Origin: a virus
Taxonomy: Duplodnaviria; Caudoviricetes
Reading direction: 5' to 3' (one strand)
IMG/VR virus record: IMGVR_UViG_3300032212_000003
Span: 1 to 64,000 of that record
Length of the DNA: 64,000 bases
In this document: one piece after another, positions 38,892 to 48,191 of the stretch
How positions within the stretch are numbered: position 1 is the first letter of the stretch
Layout: every line of letters starts with the position of its first letter
Notes under the pieces: model-generated
Databases searched by the model: none
What the model saw: the letters and a program-made list of their open reading frames with translations, nothing else
What the model was told of the DNA's origin: nothing
Made by a program: the position numbers and the translations under genes

Positions 38892-40043
38892 TTATACACC
38901 AACGTATTCTTTAAATCTTAAAGCCACCGGATGGAATGGGACACCGTCAGGCGTTAAGTTTGGAAACTTTATAGTCAACTGCTGACCAATATATTTTTCT
39001 TTGTTGAGTAGAATTTCCTGCTTGTTTAAGAAAGTACCTGGCGCAGTAACTGAGAAGGGTAGTCCTTTTTCAGTTCCTAAATGACAAATAGCAACTCGTA
39101 TTTTATTTTCTACCCCGGTGACTCCATCCACTTGAATATACGGCTCTGCTTCTGAAATATCCAGAACCTCGTACTCAGCATCCTTCTCTGCTTTAAGCTT
39201 AAGCAAATTATTGGATCTCTCACCGACCTCATAGCCGCCGTCTCCTAGGCGAAGCATAGCTCCCTCATAACCTTGAGCAACAAATTTATCAAACCATTTC
39301 CACGCCTCTTCAACTGAGCTTACAGGGTGGCGCTCAATTGGAACCAATACGCCGGAGGTATCATCAGTATGAAAGCGATCAATAAAGCGCTCCTGGTAGG
39401 ATTTATTTAAATCAAATGAATCATAAACATAATATTTTATTAGCTTACTATCAGGTTGCTTCTTTTTAACTAGAGAGCTTATATCTTGCAACGGTAGTCC
39501 GTGACGGTATAGTTCACCATCCAGATACTCTCCAACTTCCAGAGTGTCCATCAACTCCTCTTCCATGTGATCCATAGTTTTTATAACCTTACCTTCTTTG
39601 GAATACTGTAAGATGCCTTCTTTGATACGTACAGTCTTGCATCGATGCCCGTCCAGTTTTGGCGATACTTCTGAGAAACCTGAACAGTCAATGTTTTTAA
39701 TTTTCTCAATGCGCTTGGCGAGCATTGGAAGCGGCTGTCTAAGTTGGTTTGTATGGAACGGACCAACATCTTCAACACTATACTTGTACCCACCATCTAA
39801 CTGACTGGAAATCTCGCTAGTAACTTCTGAGATAGCTTGCCCATAGGGAGTGGTTTCATTAGCTTTTCCAATGTTCTTCCCCTTCTTAATTAGTTTCTTT
39901 TTTATGATGGGTTTTCCATCTAACTTTTTAGAGAAAGTTCTAGTAATAATTCCAAATCCTTCCACAGATTCAGAAGCCTGTATCTGCCAATAACCCATTC
40001 CTGATTTACTTCTCTTATATAACTTAACTGGCTTTGTGTTCAT
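38892..40043 (-). CDS. lig: ATP-dependent DNA ligase
   Basis: PKLDGHR (KxDG), LDGELY, EGAMLR and LLKLK motifs. Confidence 0.93.
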   Translation of the reverse strand: MNTKPVKLYKRSKSGMGYWQIQASESVEGFGIITRTFSKKLDGKPIIKKKLIKKGKNIGKANETTPYGQAISEVTSEISSQLDGGYKYSVEDVGPFHTNQLRQPLPMLAKRIEKIKNIDCSGFSEVSPKLDGHRCKTVRIKEGILQYSKEGKVIKTMDHMEEELMDTLEVGEYLDGELYRHGLPLQDISSLVKKKQPDSKLIKYYVYDSFDLNKSYQERFIDRFHTDDTSGVLVPIERHPVSSVEEAWKWFDKFVAQGYEGAMLRLGDGGYEVGERSNNLLKLKAEKDAEYEVLDISEAEPYIQVDGVTGVENKIRVAICHLGTEKGLPFSVTAPGTFLNKQEILLNKEKYIGQQLTIKFPNLTPDGVPFHPVALRFKEYVGV

Positions 40044-40061
40044 TTAAATTCTCCTTAAATT

Positions 40062-40406
40062 TTATGCTACTGTATTTAACATCATGTAACTAGGTGATTT
40101 GGATATAGACAATTGCGCTGAAGTCACCCACTTAAGTTTGCTTCTTTTTATTGTCTCATCTCTAATGGTCTTAGATATAGAAGGGGGGCATACAAGTTTA
40201 TCATCTCCGACCATATAGCATGCGGGTTGTTTGGGTAGTGAATGCTCAGCCCATTTATCAAACTGCTTTACCCACTCTACTCCCATTATGTCTTTGGTAA
40301 GATTGGTAAGCTGATAGTTCTCAATGCAAGTTGGGCTTTCTATAACTTTTATAGATCCGAACTCGAATTGAGGATTTATAAAATAATCATTAAATAAGTT
40401 TCTCAT
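40062..40406 (-). CDS. hypothetical protein
   Basis: 114 aa, operon context. Confidence 0.6.
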   Translation of the reverse strand: MRNLFNDYFINPQFEFGSIKVIESPTCIENYQLTNLTKDIMGVEWVKQFDKWAEHSLPKQPACYMVGDDKLVCPPSISKTIRDETIKRSKLKWVTSAQLSISKSPSYMMLNTVA

Positions 40407-40936
40407 AACATACCTACTTCATCATCTTGATAGTCTTCTACTTTTGTGTAAGTAGAGTTATGTAAAAATTGTATTATACTTTCTATGCAATTCTCTAACT
40501 CAACTTTAGATAAGTCAAAAACTTTAATTACATTATCTTTTACCAGTGGCTTACCTATACTTCTGGCATGTACAATATCTCTTCCGTCCCACAGTTCTAT
40601 TATATTTTCTTTTTCAGAGTAGAAAACGAATACGCTGGGATTGTTTGATAGATGCCATCTCTTATGCCACCCATATTGAGAATCTCTAACCATGCTGGAC
40701 ATACAAGACCTGAAGCTCTTATGCTTAAGGCTGGCTTTAAGCTCTATAAGTCCAGCCCCAAATCCAATCAATAACATATACTCTCCCGGTTGTGCAGGTA
40801 TTAAACCTCTTGAACTTCTGCTGTCGGGAAAACTGTAAAACATTCGTCCTCTTTTTGAGCACATCTTTTTAAATATATAAGAACACTGATCTTCAAACCA
40901 CTTACCTATATCTTTTTCTTTTTTACTTTTTGCCAT
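40403..40936 (-). CDS. PD-(D/E)XK nuclease, putative Holliday junction resolvase
   Basis: GKWFE...PGEY...IELKAS pattern. Confidence 0.65.
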   Translation of the reverse strand: MAKSKKEKDIGKWFEDQCSYIFKKMCSKRGRMFYSFPDSRSSRGLIPAQPGEYMLLIGFGAGLIELKASLKHKSFRSCMSSMVRDSQYGWHKRWHLSNNPSVFVFYSEKENIIELWDGRDIVHARSIGKPLVKDNVIKVFDLSKVELENCIESIIQFLHNSTYTKVEDYQDDEVGML

Positions 40937-40952
40937 AATAAGTCTCCCAATA

Positions 40953-41210
40953 TTAAGGTTTGTTTATCCATTCCATAGTAGAATGATAGGACTCCCAAAA
41001 GGTAGTTAAATCGGTTACTTTTCTGTCAACATACAGTCCAATGGCTCCATCCCTAACCGGCATTTTCTTTCCACAAAAGAATCTATTAACAGGATCTCCA
41101 AACCATATGTCTATGTTTAAATTTCTAGAAACTACTTCAAGTATGTCCATGTCCATATCATCTTTGTTGAAGTTAGTTACAAATGATTTCCTATCTATAG
41201 TATTTTTCAT
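40953..41210 (-). CDS. hypothetical protein
   Basis: 85 aa. Confidence 0.55.
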   Translation of the reverse strand: MKNTIDRKSFVTNFNKDDMDMDILEVVSRNLNIDIWFGDPVNRFFCGKKMPVRDGAIGLYVDRKVTDLTTFWESYHSTMEWINKP

Positions 41211-41237
41211 TTTTAAATTTCTCAGTTGATTTATTTT

Positions 41238-41849
41238 CTACATCCCAAAATCTTCTTTGGCTTCCTTGTAGGCAGCCACCACCGCATTAAATTTACTGTT
41301 ACTTCCTCCATTATCAGGATGAGCTTTTGACCTTGCAATTTTATATTTCTCTGTTAGTTGCTGTGGATCATCTCCAAAATAATCTAAAACCTGCATCCAG
41401 TTTGGTATCTCATCTTCATCTTCAAGATTTGGAAGTGCTACAAATCCATCGAATACTCTCTCAAGTATTTCTCCTGAACCCCACCGGTCTATACCTCTCA
41501 TGGCTTCTATAGTTTTACCTATAGCGTATAAGTTATCGGCTACTTTATTGTACTTATCCAATGCTATTACTTTTCTAGACTCTCCCTCTTTCCACCACAC
41601 CGATACTCCTTTATCCTGTGGCTCTTTTTGATTTGAGTAAGGATATCCGTCCAGCCTTAGTTTTAAATTAGTGGATATTATTATGTTACAGCTACCTATT
41701 CCTTTTCTTTTTAATTCTGCCAATACAAAATCAATTGCCTTTGCTATCGTTAAAGGACGTTTACCTTGTCCAAACCTGCTAGGAATTGTTGATTCAGTTC
41801 TTCTCCAACCTGCAGGCCATGTTAATGGGGAGTTTGATATAGGTTCCAT
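41238..41849 (-). CDS. J-domain (DnaJ-like) protein
   Basis: C-terminal J domain with HPD (YKIARSKAHPDNGGS); N-terminal domain typical of phage J proteins. Confidence 0.8.
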   Translation of the reverse strand: MEPISNSPLTWPAGWRRTESTIPSRFGQGKRPLTIAKAIDFVLAELKRKGIGSCNIIISTNLKLRLDGYPYSNQKEPQDKGVSVWWKEGESRKVIALDKYNKVADNLYAIGKTIEAMRGIDRWGSGEILERVFDGFVALPNLEDEDEIPNWMQVLDYFGDDPQQLTEKYKIARSKAHPDNGGSNSKFNAVVAAYKEAKEDFGM

Positions 41850-42448
41850 TATCTTACTCCTTTGGAATCTTGCACCGACATATCACCGTTGTACTGGCCT
41901 TTAGTTCTGTAGCTAAATCTTTTAGGGACATACTTGTGACGGTAAAATTTTATTTGCCCTATAGGCATACCTTTTTGTAATACTAAGGTGTGATACCTAA
42001 GTAAATTAGTTAACTCCAGAGTTAATCTTGAGCCGTTAAATCCGGGATCAATAAACCCAGCATTACAATGATCTAATCCACATCTGGCCAGAGAAGACTT
42101 CATATAAAATACCGCAGTTATGTTGTCTGGTAAATTAAATATTTCACAAGTGGCTCCCAATATGAAATTTCTAGGTTCTATACGTATCCAACCATAATCA
42201 TCTGCTATTTTTCTAGTAAAGTTAGGAGTTTCTTTTTCGTTAAGGTATACGTTATTTACCTTCTCCAATTGTGTTTCTGTCATATGGTACTGATGCAAAG
42301 TTACATCTACAGAAGTGGCATTAACTTTTTCTCTGTCAGCTGTTATATAGCCTTTAGTTATTAACTTCTGTATTTCTTCATGAGTTAAAACACTGTAAGG
42401 ATTAAATATCTCAACTACCTTATCTATAATTTTATTGAGTAGGTTCAT
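41849..42448 (-). CDS. dcd: dCTP deaminase
   Basis: SVDVTL, KSSLARCGL, AGFIDPGF, LTLEL and GQIKF motifs. Confidence 0.9.
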   Translation of the reverse strand: MNLLNKIIDKVVEIFNPYSVLTHEEIQKLITKGYITADREKVNATSVDVTLHQYHMTETQLEKVNNVYLNEKETPNFTRKIADDYGWIRIEPRNFILGATCEIFNLPDNITAVFYMKSSLARCGLDHCNAGFIDPGFNGSRLTLELTNLLRYHTLVLQKGMPIGQIKFYRHKYVPKRFSYRTKGQYNGDMSVQDSKGVR

Positions 42449-43217
42449 CTTTAGATTTCCTTCCTAAGTAGATATCAACAGTCTCTTGAAAGTCGATGTC
42501 TATATCATCAAAGTTTTTTGCGCACCATGACAGATAACCTGTAGGAACTTTTCCCATAGGTTTACCTTTGTGTTTTCCAAAAGGCATTATTTCAAAAGCA
42601 GTTGGAATTAAAGAATACTTCCAGAATTCCTCAGCTGTATAGTTTAGTTTCTGAAGCATCTTTTGAAATACAAAATGATTTAATACGCAATCGTATACAG
42701 CATTGTGAGCCCCTTCTGGGTCCATGTCCCCTCCTAATGATACATACACATCAGAGAGCTTATGGCTGTCCATTTCAGGGTATAAACGTCTGGCCATCAT
42801 GTAGGTATCTATGTAAGGAAATGCCAATATCTCATCGTTTACATTAGCCACTACCGGTATGTCGTAGTAATTTATATTGTGTCCTACCAATAAAGGGAAC
42901 GGCGTAGACTTTAAGTAATTTAAAAACTGCCCTATTACTATATGTACTTCTGGTGCCCACTCAACATCACCATCACTGACTCCATGCACTTCTGTAGCGT
43001 CAGGAGGTATAGGAATACCTGGATCACATAAAGCATTAAATATAATATCTGGCACTTCTTCAGAACCGTTACATTTAAGTGCACCAAATTGCACAATCTT
43101 TGACAGCTCAGGTTCTTTAGCAGTGGTTTCAGTGTCAAAAATTATTGGTATCATTTCATCGGTCATAACTTTTCCTTTGAGTTTAAGGGTGTATTTCTGG
43201 AGGTGGATTAGTGTCAA
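42432..43217 (-). CDS. DEDDh 3'-5' exonuclease (ExoX/DnaQ-like)
   Basis: FDTETT, GHNINYYD, AHNAVYDC; C-terminal MPFGKHKG domain. Confidence 0.88.
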   Translation of the reverse strand: MTLIHLQKYTLKLKGKVMTDEMIPIIFDTETTAKEPELSKIVQFGALKCNGSEEVPDIIFNALCDPGIPIPPDATEVHGVSDGDVEWAPEVHIVIGQFLNYLKSTPFPLLVGHNINYYDIPVVANVNDEILAFPYIDTYMMARRLYPEMDSHKLSDVYVSLGGDMDPEGAHNAVYDCVLNHFVFQKMLQKLNYTAEEFWKYSLIPTAFEIMPFGKHKGKPMGKVPTGYLSWCAKNFDDIDIDFQETVDIYLGRKSKDEPTQ

Positions 43218-43368
43218 GGAAATTTAGTTTAAATTTTTCCAGCGCATAATCTGCAAACTTTTCCGCATCCTCTGGGTGGTATGTATTTTTATTTGCTGCC
43301 CCTGCATTAAACGCACTACTCCAAACTTTCCGGCATAGTTTTTCATGTTCTGTAAGTTCTCTTTGCAT
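43183..43368 (-). CDS. hypothetical protein
   Basis: 61 aa, GGAG RBS. Confidence 0.55.
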   Translation of the reverse strand: MQRELTEHEKLCRKVWSSAFNAGAANKNTYHPEDAEKFADYALEKFKLNFLDTNPPPEIHP

Positions 43369-43411
43369 GTTAATTACTCCTTAGATTTGCTCCCCGAAGG
43401 GAGCGTTAAAA

Positions 43412-46400
43412 TTAAGCAGCGCGTAAACGGGCCAACTCTTCCTGATACTTAACAGCTTCTTCACAAGCCAACATAATCGACTCTTCCGTGGGACGTACTC
43501 CCAGCTCTTTAAGTTTCTGCCAATCAGGCCCAATAGATACATCAGCTTCCATCGGTATTGCATGCCCGGGAGGCGTCAGCTCCATAATATCAATCAACCT
43601 GGTCGTATACTCAACCGCTTTCGATATCGGTACTGTAGAAGCTATCTCATCGTAAATCGGTGCCAGCAAGATGCTGTTTGTTTGTTGAAACAATTGCGTC
43701 TTTTCAATTTGGGACAGAACTATTGTTAAGATATCCGCCGCGGTTCCCTGAATAACTGCGTTTGCACCTTGGCGCTCCATTCTTCTTCGAACCGAGTTAT
43801 CGCTGGAGAATATACTATTTCCCAAATGTTTACGGTTACCGTATGCGGTCTGAGTGTAGCCATGCTTTCTTCCGAACTCTCCCATGGAATCCTGCCATGG
43901 CTTTATGTCTGGATATAAAGCAAACGTACGGTCCATCATTTCCTCGGCCTCCTCCTGAGGTATTATCAAACGCATGGCTAAAGTAAATGCTGTACCAAGA
44001 TACGCTATCAAGAAGTTGGTTTGCTTAGCCGGGCGCTTTCTAACATCATTCATTTCCTTATGAAGTTCGTGATCCTTGTCCTTCAATATGGCATTATAAG
44101 CCTCGTAATCCATTCCTGCTATGCCAGAGCCCGTAAGACTGTGAATATCCTTGCGGTTGGCTCCTATGTAAGCCGATTGCATGGTTTTGTCTCCACACTC
44201 AGAAGCCAGTATACGCAACTCCTGCTGACTGAAGTCAGGTGCGATGATAACTCGAGGTTCCTCATAAGGGATCCAGATATTTGTACAGGGGTTGAACTTC
44301 TCTTTGTTCGGCAAGAATACACTACGCATATCGCCGTCAATTTGATGTTTACTAACCTGCAGTATATTTGGACTGGTTCCAGAAGGTCGTCGTGTCACAG
44401 TGCCACAGTTTCGTATCTGAGGATGCATTCGACCATCGTCAGGATGTTTCCACAAGGGATACTTAGTATGGTATAGGCCACATCTGGTAATCGCTTCCTT
44501 GGCTTCCTTGATTGCAATCATTGCGTCATATTTCCAAGACCCTTTCTCTACGTCATTAGCAAGTGCGGTATCTATGGCTAAATTGTCAGTGCCAGGAGAT
44601 CCCTCTAATCCCAGCTTTTGTCTACCACTTCCAAACTGTGTTTTAGATCTGAGCCTTACCGGAAGACCTAGCATAGAATACAATACCAATTGCATCTGAC
44701 TGGGGCTTCCCATGTTCAACTCGGTCCCGGTAAATTCTATTTTTCCTTCTCCCATGTAAGGAGCGCAAAAATCTGACAACTTCTGATACAGATCGCCTTC
44801 TCGTGCCTTAAGCTCTGGAATGGCCTCCATTAATAAAGTTACAAACTTATCTTGAGTCTCATTCAATACAACCGCTTCTGCTTCTTTATCATCAAAATCG
44901 TAAGATTTGACCTCAGCAACCCATCCGGAAATTCTAGATTTTGCCACTGACTCTATAGGGACATCTATCCCTAATTCCAGTACTACCTTGTTAAGATTTT
45001 TAACAGTAGGTATGAAGTTAGGCATAACTGTAAATTCCTCATAAGGAATGTACTGAGACCCGGCCCTTGCTTTGTCTCTGAATTTTTCCATTTCAGCTAC
45101 TACCGACTCATCAACCGCCTTATTAAACTCTACTTCGTCTGTTATAGATTCCCATTTCTTCTTAAATTTAACTCTGGCAAGTGCTTGAAGATTTTGACCA
45201 TCAGCTGCTATGTATCCCAGTGCCCCCGCCTCATTAAACTCACTACAATTTTCTTGCAGAGTTTCTCGTACAAATGCAGTTTTTTCTTTAATGGTGGCTT
45301 TGTCTCTTTCGTGTATCTCAGTTAACCTTTCCCAGTCAGCTTCAGTTCCGTTTATGAATGCATCGGTTAATGGGTTTTGAACGTAAGGACCATTCTCTTT
45401 GTAAAATTCCCATGAGCCTTCCAGCATCATGCGAAGTTTAAAGAATGAGTAAAGGTGGGCAGTGATTACACTGTCATCACATCCGTAGTTTACTGTCTCA
45501 TCAGCTGTGCACTCGAACATACCTTTGCGGTCCCCGACCACTTCAGCATAGGTTTGCTGAGTATAATTAAACTCATTTTTGGACAATGACTTCAATCCAG
45601 AGGACTCATTCTCATCCACATACGATGACATTATACTTGTGTCATAAACAGGATAATCAAGTTCCATATTTAACTGAAGCTTTGTAACCGCACCTTCGAA
45701 CGCATTGTTGTGAACTACAAATTTTGTATGCTCGTGAGGAAACTCTTCCAGTAAAGTTTTTAAGGTTATCTTTGGAAGGTTATTACTGTCTTTATGATTA
45801 ACAGGAATGTAGAAACAATACTGATTGTTTTCTCCAAAACAAAAAGAAGCTCCGGCTATTTCAGAGGTCATTATGTCTACATAATTTCCTTTGGTTGCTG
45901 CTTTGTTTAAATTTTCGTAGTGCGCATCCTGAGTCTCGTAGTCAAATCCTACGCAGGGACTTTTAGAAAATGCTTCAAGTGCCTCCTCTAGATCTCCATC
46001 TTCGATGTTTAAGCTGTCCAGTAACCAAGTCTGAACACACAGGTCTTCAAAGGTTTCTAAGCTATGTTCAAGGCAATGCATATCTGATAGTACTGCTTTT
46101 AATCTGTTTATGTCCGGCACCCTTCTGAACCAGTCTATCTTTACAATTTTATTGTTGTTTGTACCGATGCATAACTTAGGTTGAAGTTTTGCCAACTCGT
46201 ATTGCAGTATCCAGTTTTCTTTATCCTTGGCAATAAGTTGAAGCGCTTTATTTTCAGGACATACTTCCAGAGCTTCTTCAAGGGCGTCGAAGTTTTTGGT
46301 GGCAACGCATTGTTCCAACTCTGCTATGCCATCATAATCAAAGGCTTTCACTAACTCTTCCCATTTCTTTGGACCGAATCCTTTGACGCCTCCATACTGG

Positions 46401-47011
46401 TCACTGGTATCTCCCAGTAATGACTTACATACGGTTATAAGATTGTATCGTTGAACGGGTACCCCTGCCTCTGGGCCGCCTGAGAATTTATACATTTCAG
46501 ACATCATGGGATCTAATTTTAGTTGCACAATAACATCATCGCTTATTAGTGCAGTTAAATCCCCATCGGTGGTATATACCATCTTCTTACCTGGCAGACG
46601 TTCACACCAGTAAGCAATTAGATCATCGGCCTCTACGCCTTTTACTCTTCCCGCTGTGCATCCAATGGCTGCCCAAAAATTTTGCATGGCTTTGTAGAAT
46701 TTAGCAGATTGATCTCTCTTTACCGGATCAGTGGTACCCTTCGCATCTTCACGTTTTTTCTTATAGTCAGGGTGAAGATTTCGTCTGTACTCAATACCTG
46801 AGTCCATGGCAATAAGTAAATTTGTTGGTGACACTATCTCAAGTGCTGGTGCCATATATCTATTGAGGAAGTTTCTGAAAGCAAACTCCGCTGTGTTGTA
46901 CATCTCTCCGTCTTCACCCAGAATTCTCTCTGGATCTTTTCCCATGTTGAAGCAATGATGCATGACCGCTCTTGCATCTAAAATTACCCAAGGTCCTTCA
47001 TCTTGTGACAT
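43412..47011 (-). CDS. polA: family A DNA polymerase with 5'-3' and 3'-5' exonuclease domains
   Basis: FEN motifs (LDA, EADD, TDGD, GDTSD, GVKGFGPK), Exo I DYET, motif A DFSQQELR, motif B AKQTNFLIAY, motif C IYDE. Confidence 0.95.
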   Translation of the reverse strand: MSQDEGPWVILDARAVMHHCFNMGKDPERILGEDGEMYNTAEFAFRNFLNRYMAPALEIVSPTNLLIAMDSGIEYRRNLHPDYKKKREDAKGTTDPVKRDQSAKFYKAMQNFWAAIGCTAGRVKGVEADDLIAYWCERLPGKKMVYTTDGDLTALISDDVIVQLKLDPMMSEMYKFSGGPEAGVPVQRYNLITVCKSLLGDTSDQYGGVKGFGPKKWEELVKAFDYDGIAELEQCVATKNFDALEEALEVCPENKALQLIAKDKENWILQYELAKLQPKLCIGTNNNKIVKIDWFRRVPDINRLKAVLSDMHCLEHSLETFEDLCVQTWLLDSLNIEDGDLEEALEAFSKSPCVGFDYETQDAHYENLNKAATKGNYVDIMTSEIAGASFCFGENNQYCFYIPVNHKDSNNLPKITLKTLLEEFPHEHTKFVVHNNAFEGAVTKLQLNMELDYPVYDTSIMSSYVDENESSGLKSLSKNEFNYTQQTYAEVVGDRKGMFECTADETVNYGCDDSVITAHLYSFFKLRMMLEGSWEFYKENGPYVQNPLTDAFINGTEADWERLTEIHERDKATIKEKTAFVRETLQENCSEFNEAGALGYIAADGQNLQALARVKFKKKWESITDEVEFNKAVDESVVAEMEKFRDKARAGSQYIPYEEFTVMPNFIPTVKNLNKVVLELGIDVPIESVAKSRISGWVAEVKSYDFDDKEAEAVVLNETQDKFVTLLMEAIPELKAREGDLYQKLSDFCAPYMGEGKIEFTGTELNMGSPSQMQLVLYSMLGLPVRLRSKTQFGSGRQKLGLEGSPGTDNLAIDTALANDVEKGSWKYDAMIAIKEAKEAITRCGLYHTKYPLWKHPDDGRMHPQIRNCGTVTRRPSGTSPNILQVSKHQIDGDMRSVFLPNKEKFNPCTNIWIPYEEPRVIIAPDFSQQELRILASECGDKTMQSAYIGANRKDIHSLTGSGIAGMDYEAYNAILKDKDHELHKEMNDVRKRPAKQTNFLIAYLGTAFTLAMRLIIPQEEAEEMMDRTFALYPDIKPWQDSMGEFGRKHGYTQTAYGNRKHLGNSIFSSDNSVRRRMERQGANAVIQGTAADILTIVLSQIEKTQLFQQTNSILLAPIYDEIASTVPISKAVEYTTRLIDIMELTPPGHAIPMEADVSIGPDWQKLKELGVRPTEESIMLACEEAVKYQEELARLRAA

Positions 47012-47040
47012 AGCTAACTCCTAAACTGTTAATAAATTCT

Positions 47041-47074
47041 AATAAAAATAGTAGAGGACGTTTCCGCCCCCTAC
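47041..47074 (-). terminator. rho-independent terminator
   Basis: Minus strand GTAGGGGGCG-GAAA-CGTCCTCTAC followed by TATTTTTATT. Confidence 0.75.
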
Positions 47075-47087
47075 TTAAGTGCTGACT

Positions 47088-47891
47088 TTATGCTGCTCTT
47101 AGGTATTTAAACTCCCAAGGGTAGAAATCATCTCCATTGTTAGAGACTTTAGCACCTACTGCACAGCGTGTAACCACTTCCTTTGGACTTCCCTTTCCAG
47201 TGAACTTAAGCATAGCCAGATGCCCACTAAATCTCTGAACACCTGAAGGAGGAACTGATAGCATAACCATTTCTCCGTTAAGTTCTTCAGTATGATCAGC
47301 GCCCACCAACATGGCAGGAATTTCTAGATACTTTTTAATTTCCAGACTATCTACTCCCCACTCTTTTTTTAGTTGAGGAACTGTATTACCTTCCAGAGAA
47401 ACTCCAGAGTCTTCCTTCATTACATCGTAGCTGAAGTTTACTCGCTTATCCTTTTGGATAGCACCGGCAGGCTTTATGAGGTATTTTGCTTTGCTTTGAG
47501 TAACAATAACATCTACAAACTTACCCAGAACTACTTTTCCATTGGTCTCAAATACGCCATCACTGGGTAGTTTGATACTTGGAAATGAGAAATATCCCAG
47601 CTCAACGCCTTCGAACCCTTCTTCAGCTGCCTGGTCAGAAAAGTTTCCGCCGCCCGGGGTTGTTGCTACAGAAGTAGATTGTGCAGAAGTTGATACTTCA
47701 GTGCTATCCGAAGCCTGTTCTACAGCTGCTTCAACTTCAGTTTCTGTGTTAGCTACTTCAACTTGAGCTGCTTCAGCTGCTTCACTTTCTTGAGTAGGGG
47801 CTGCTTCATTAGCCGGCGCTGAATTAACTTCAGGTGATTTTTCTTCGTCAGTTTTAACATCGACAGGTTTTGTCTTCTTTTTTAATGCCAT
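47088..47891 (-). CDS. putative ssDNA-binding/annealing protein
   Basis: 267 aa, acidic disordered N-terminus plus beta-rich core; upstream of pol; high-expression codons and own terminator. Function is positional inference. Confidence 0.4.
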   Translation of the reverse strand: MALKKKTKPVDVKTDEEKSPEVNSAPANEAAPTQESEAAEAAQVEVANTETEVEAAVEQASDSTEVSTSAQSTSVATTPGGGNFSDQAAEEGFEGVELGYFSFPSIKLPSDGVFETNGKVVLGKFVDVIVTQSKAKYLIKPAGAIQKDKRVNFSYDVMKEDSGVSLEGNTVPQLKKEWGVDSLEIKKYLEIPAMLVGADHTEELNGEMVMLSVPPSGVQRFSGHLAMLKFTGKGSPKEVVTRCAVGAKVSNNGDDFYPWEFKYLRAA

Positions 47892-47990
47892 TTTAATTCT
47901 CCAAAAATAGAATAAATTCTAATTTACAGTTTCAGTTTAATGTAGAGTTTTACATCCACATAAATAGTTTACTCTCAAGTCTATTTCATA

Positions 47991-48191
47991 TCAACCTCCT
48001 ATTGTTAATTTAGGATCGCATTCAATATTGCGTGCCAATATACGAAGCTTCGCAGCTACAGCTGACCGTTCTTCTTCATAATTTAAGACTATACTGTGAG
48101 TTATACCGTCTTCAAATTCTAAATGGGCGGCATACTCTCCTCCTTCGGAGCTGCAGGTATCTAACCTCACTGTATCAAGTTTCTTCGCCAT
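47991..48191 (-). CDS. hypothetical protein
   Basis: 66 aa. Confidence 0.55.
   Translation of the reverse strand: MAKKLDTVRLDTCSSEGGEYAAHLEFEDGITHSIVLNYEEERSAVAAKLRILARNIECDPKLTIGG

Noticed and set aside
44730-45250. Intein or intron in polA
   Set aside because: No Cys/Ser...His-Asn splice termini, no LAGLIDADG motifs, and the frame is uninterrupted.
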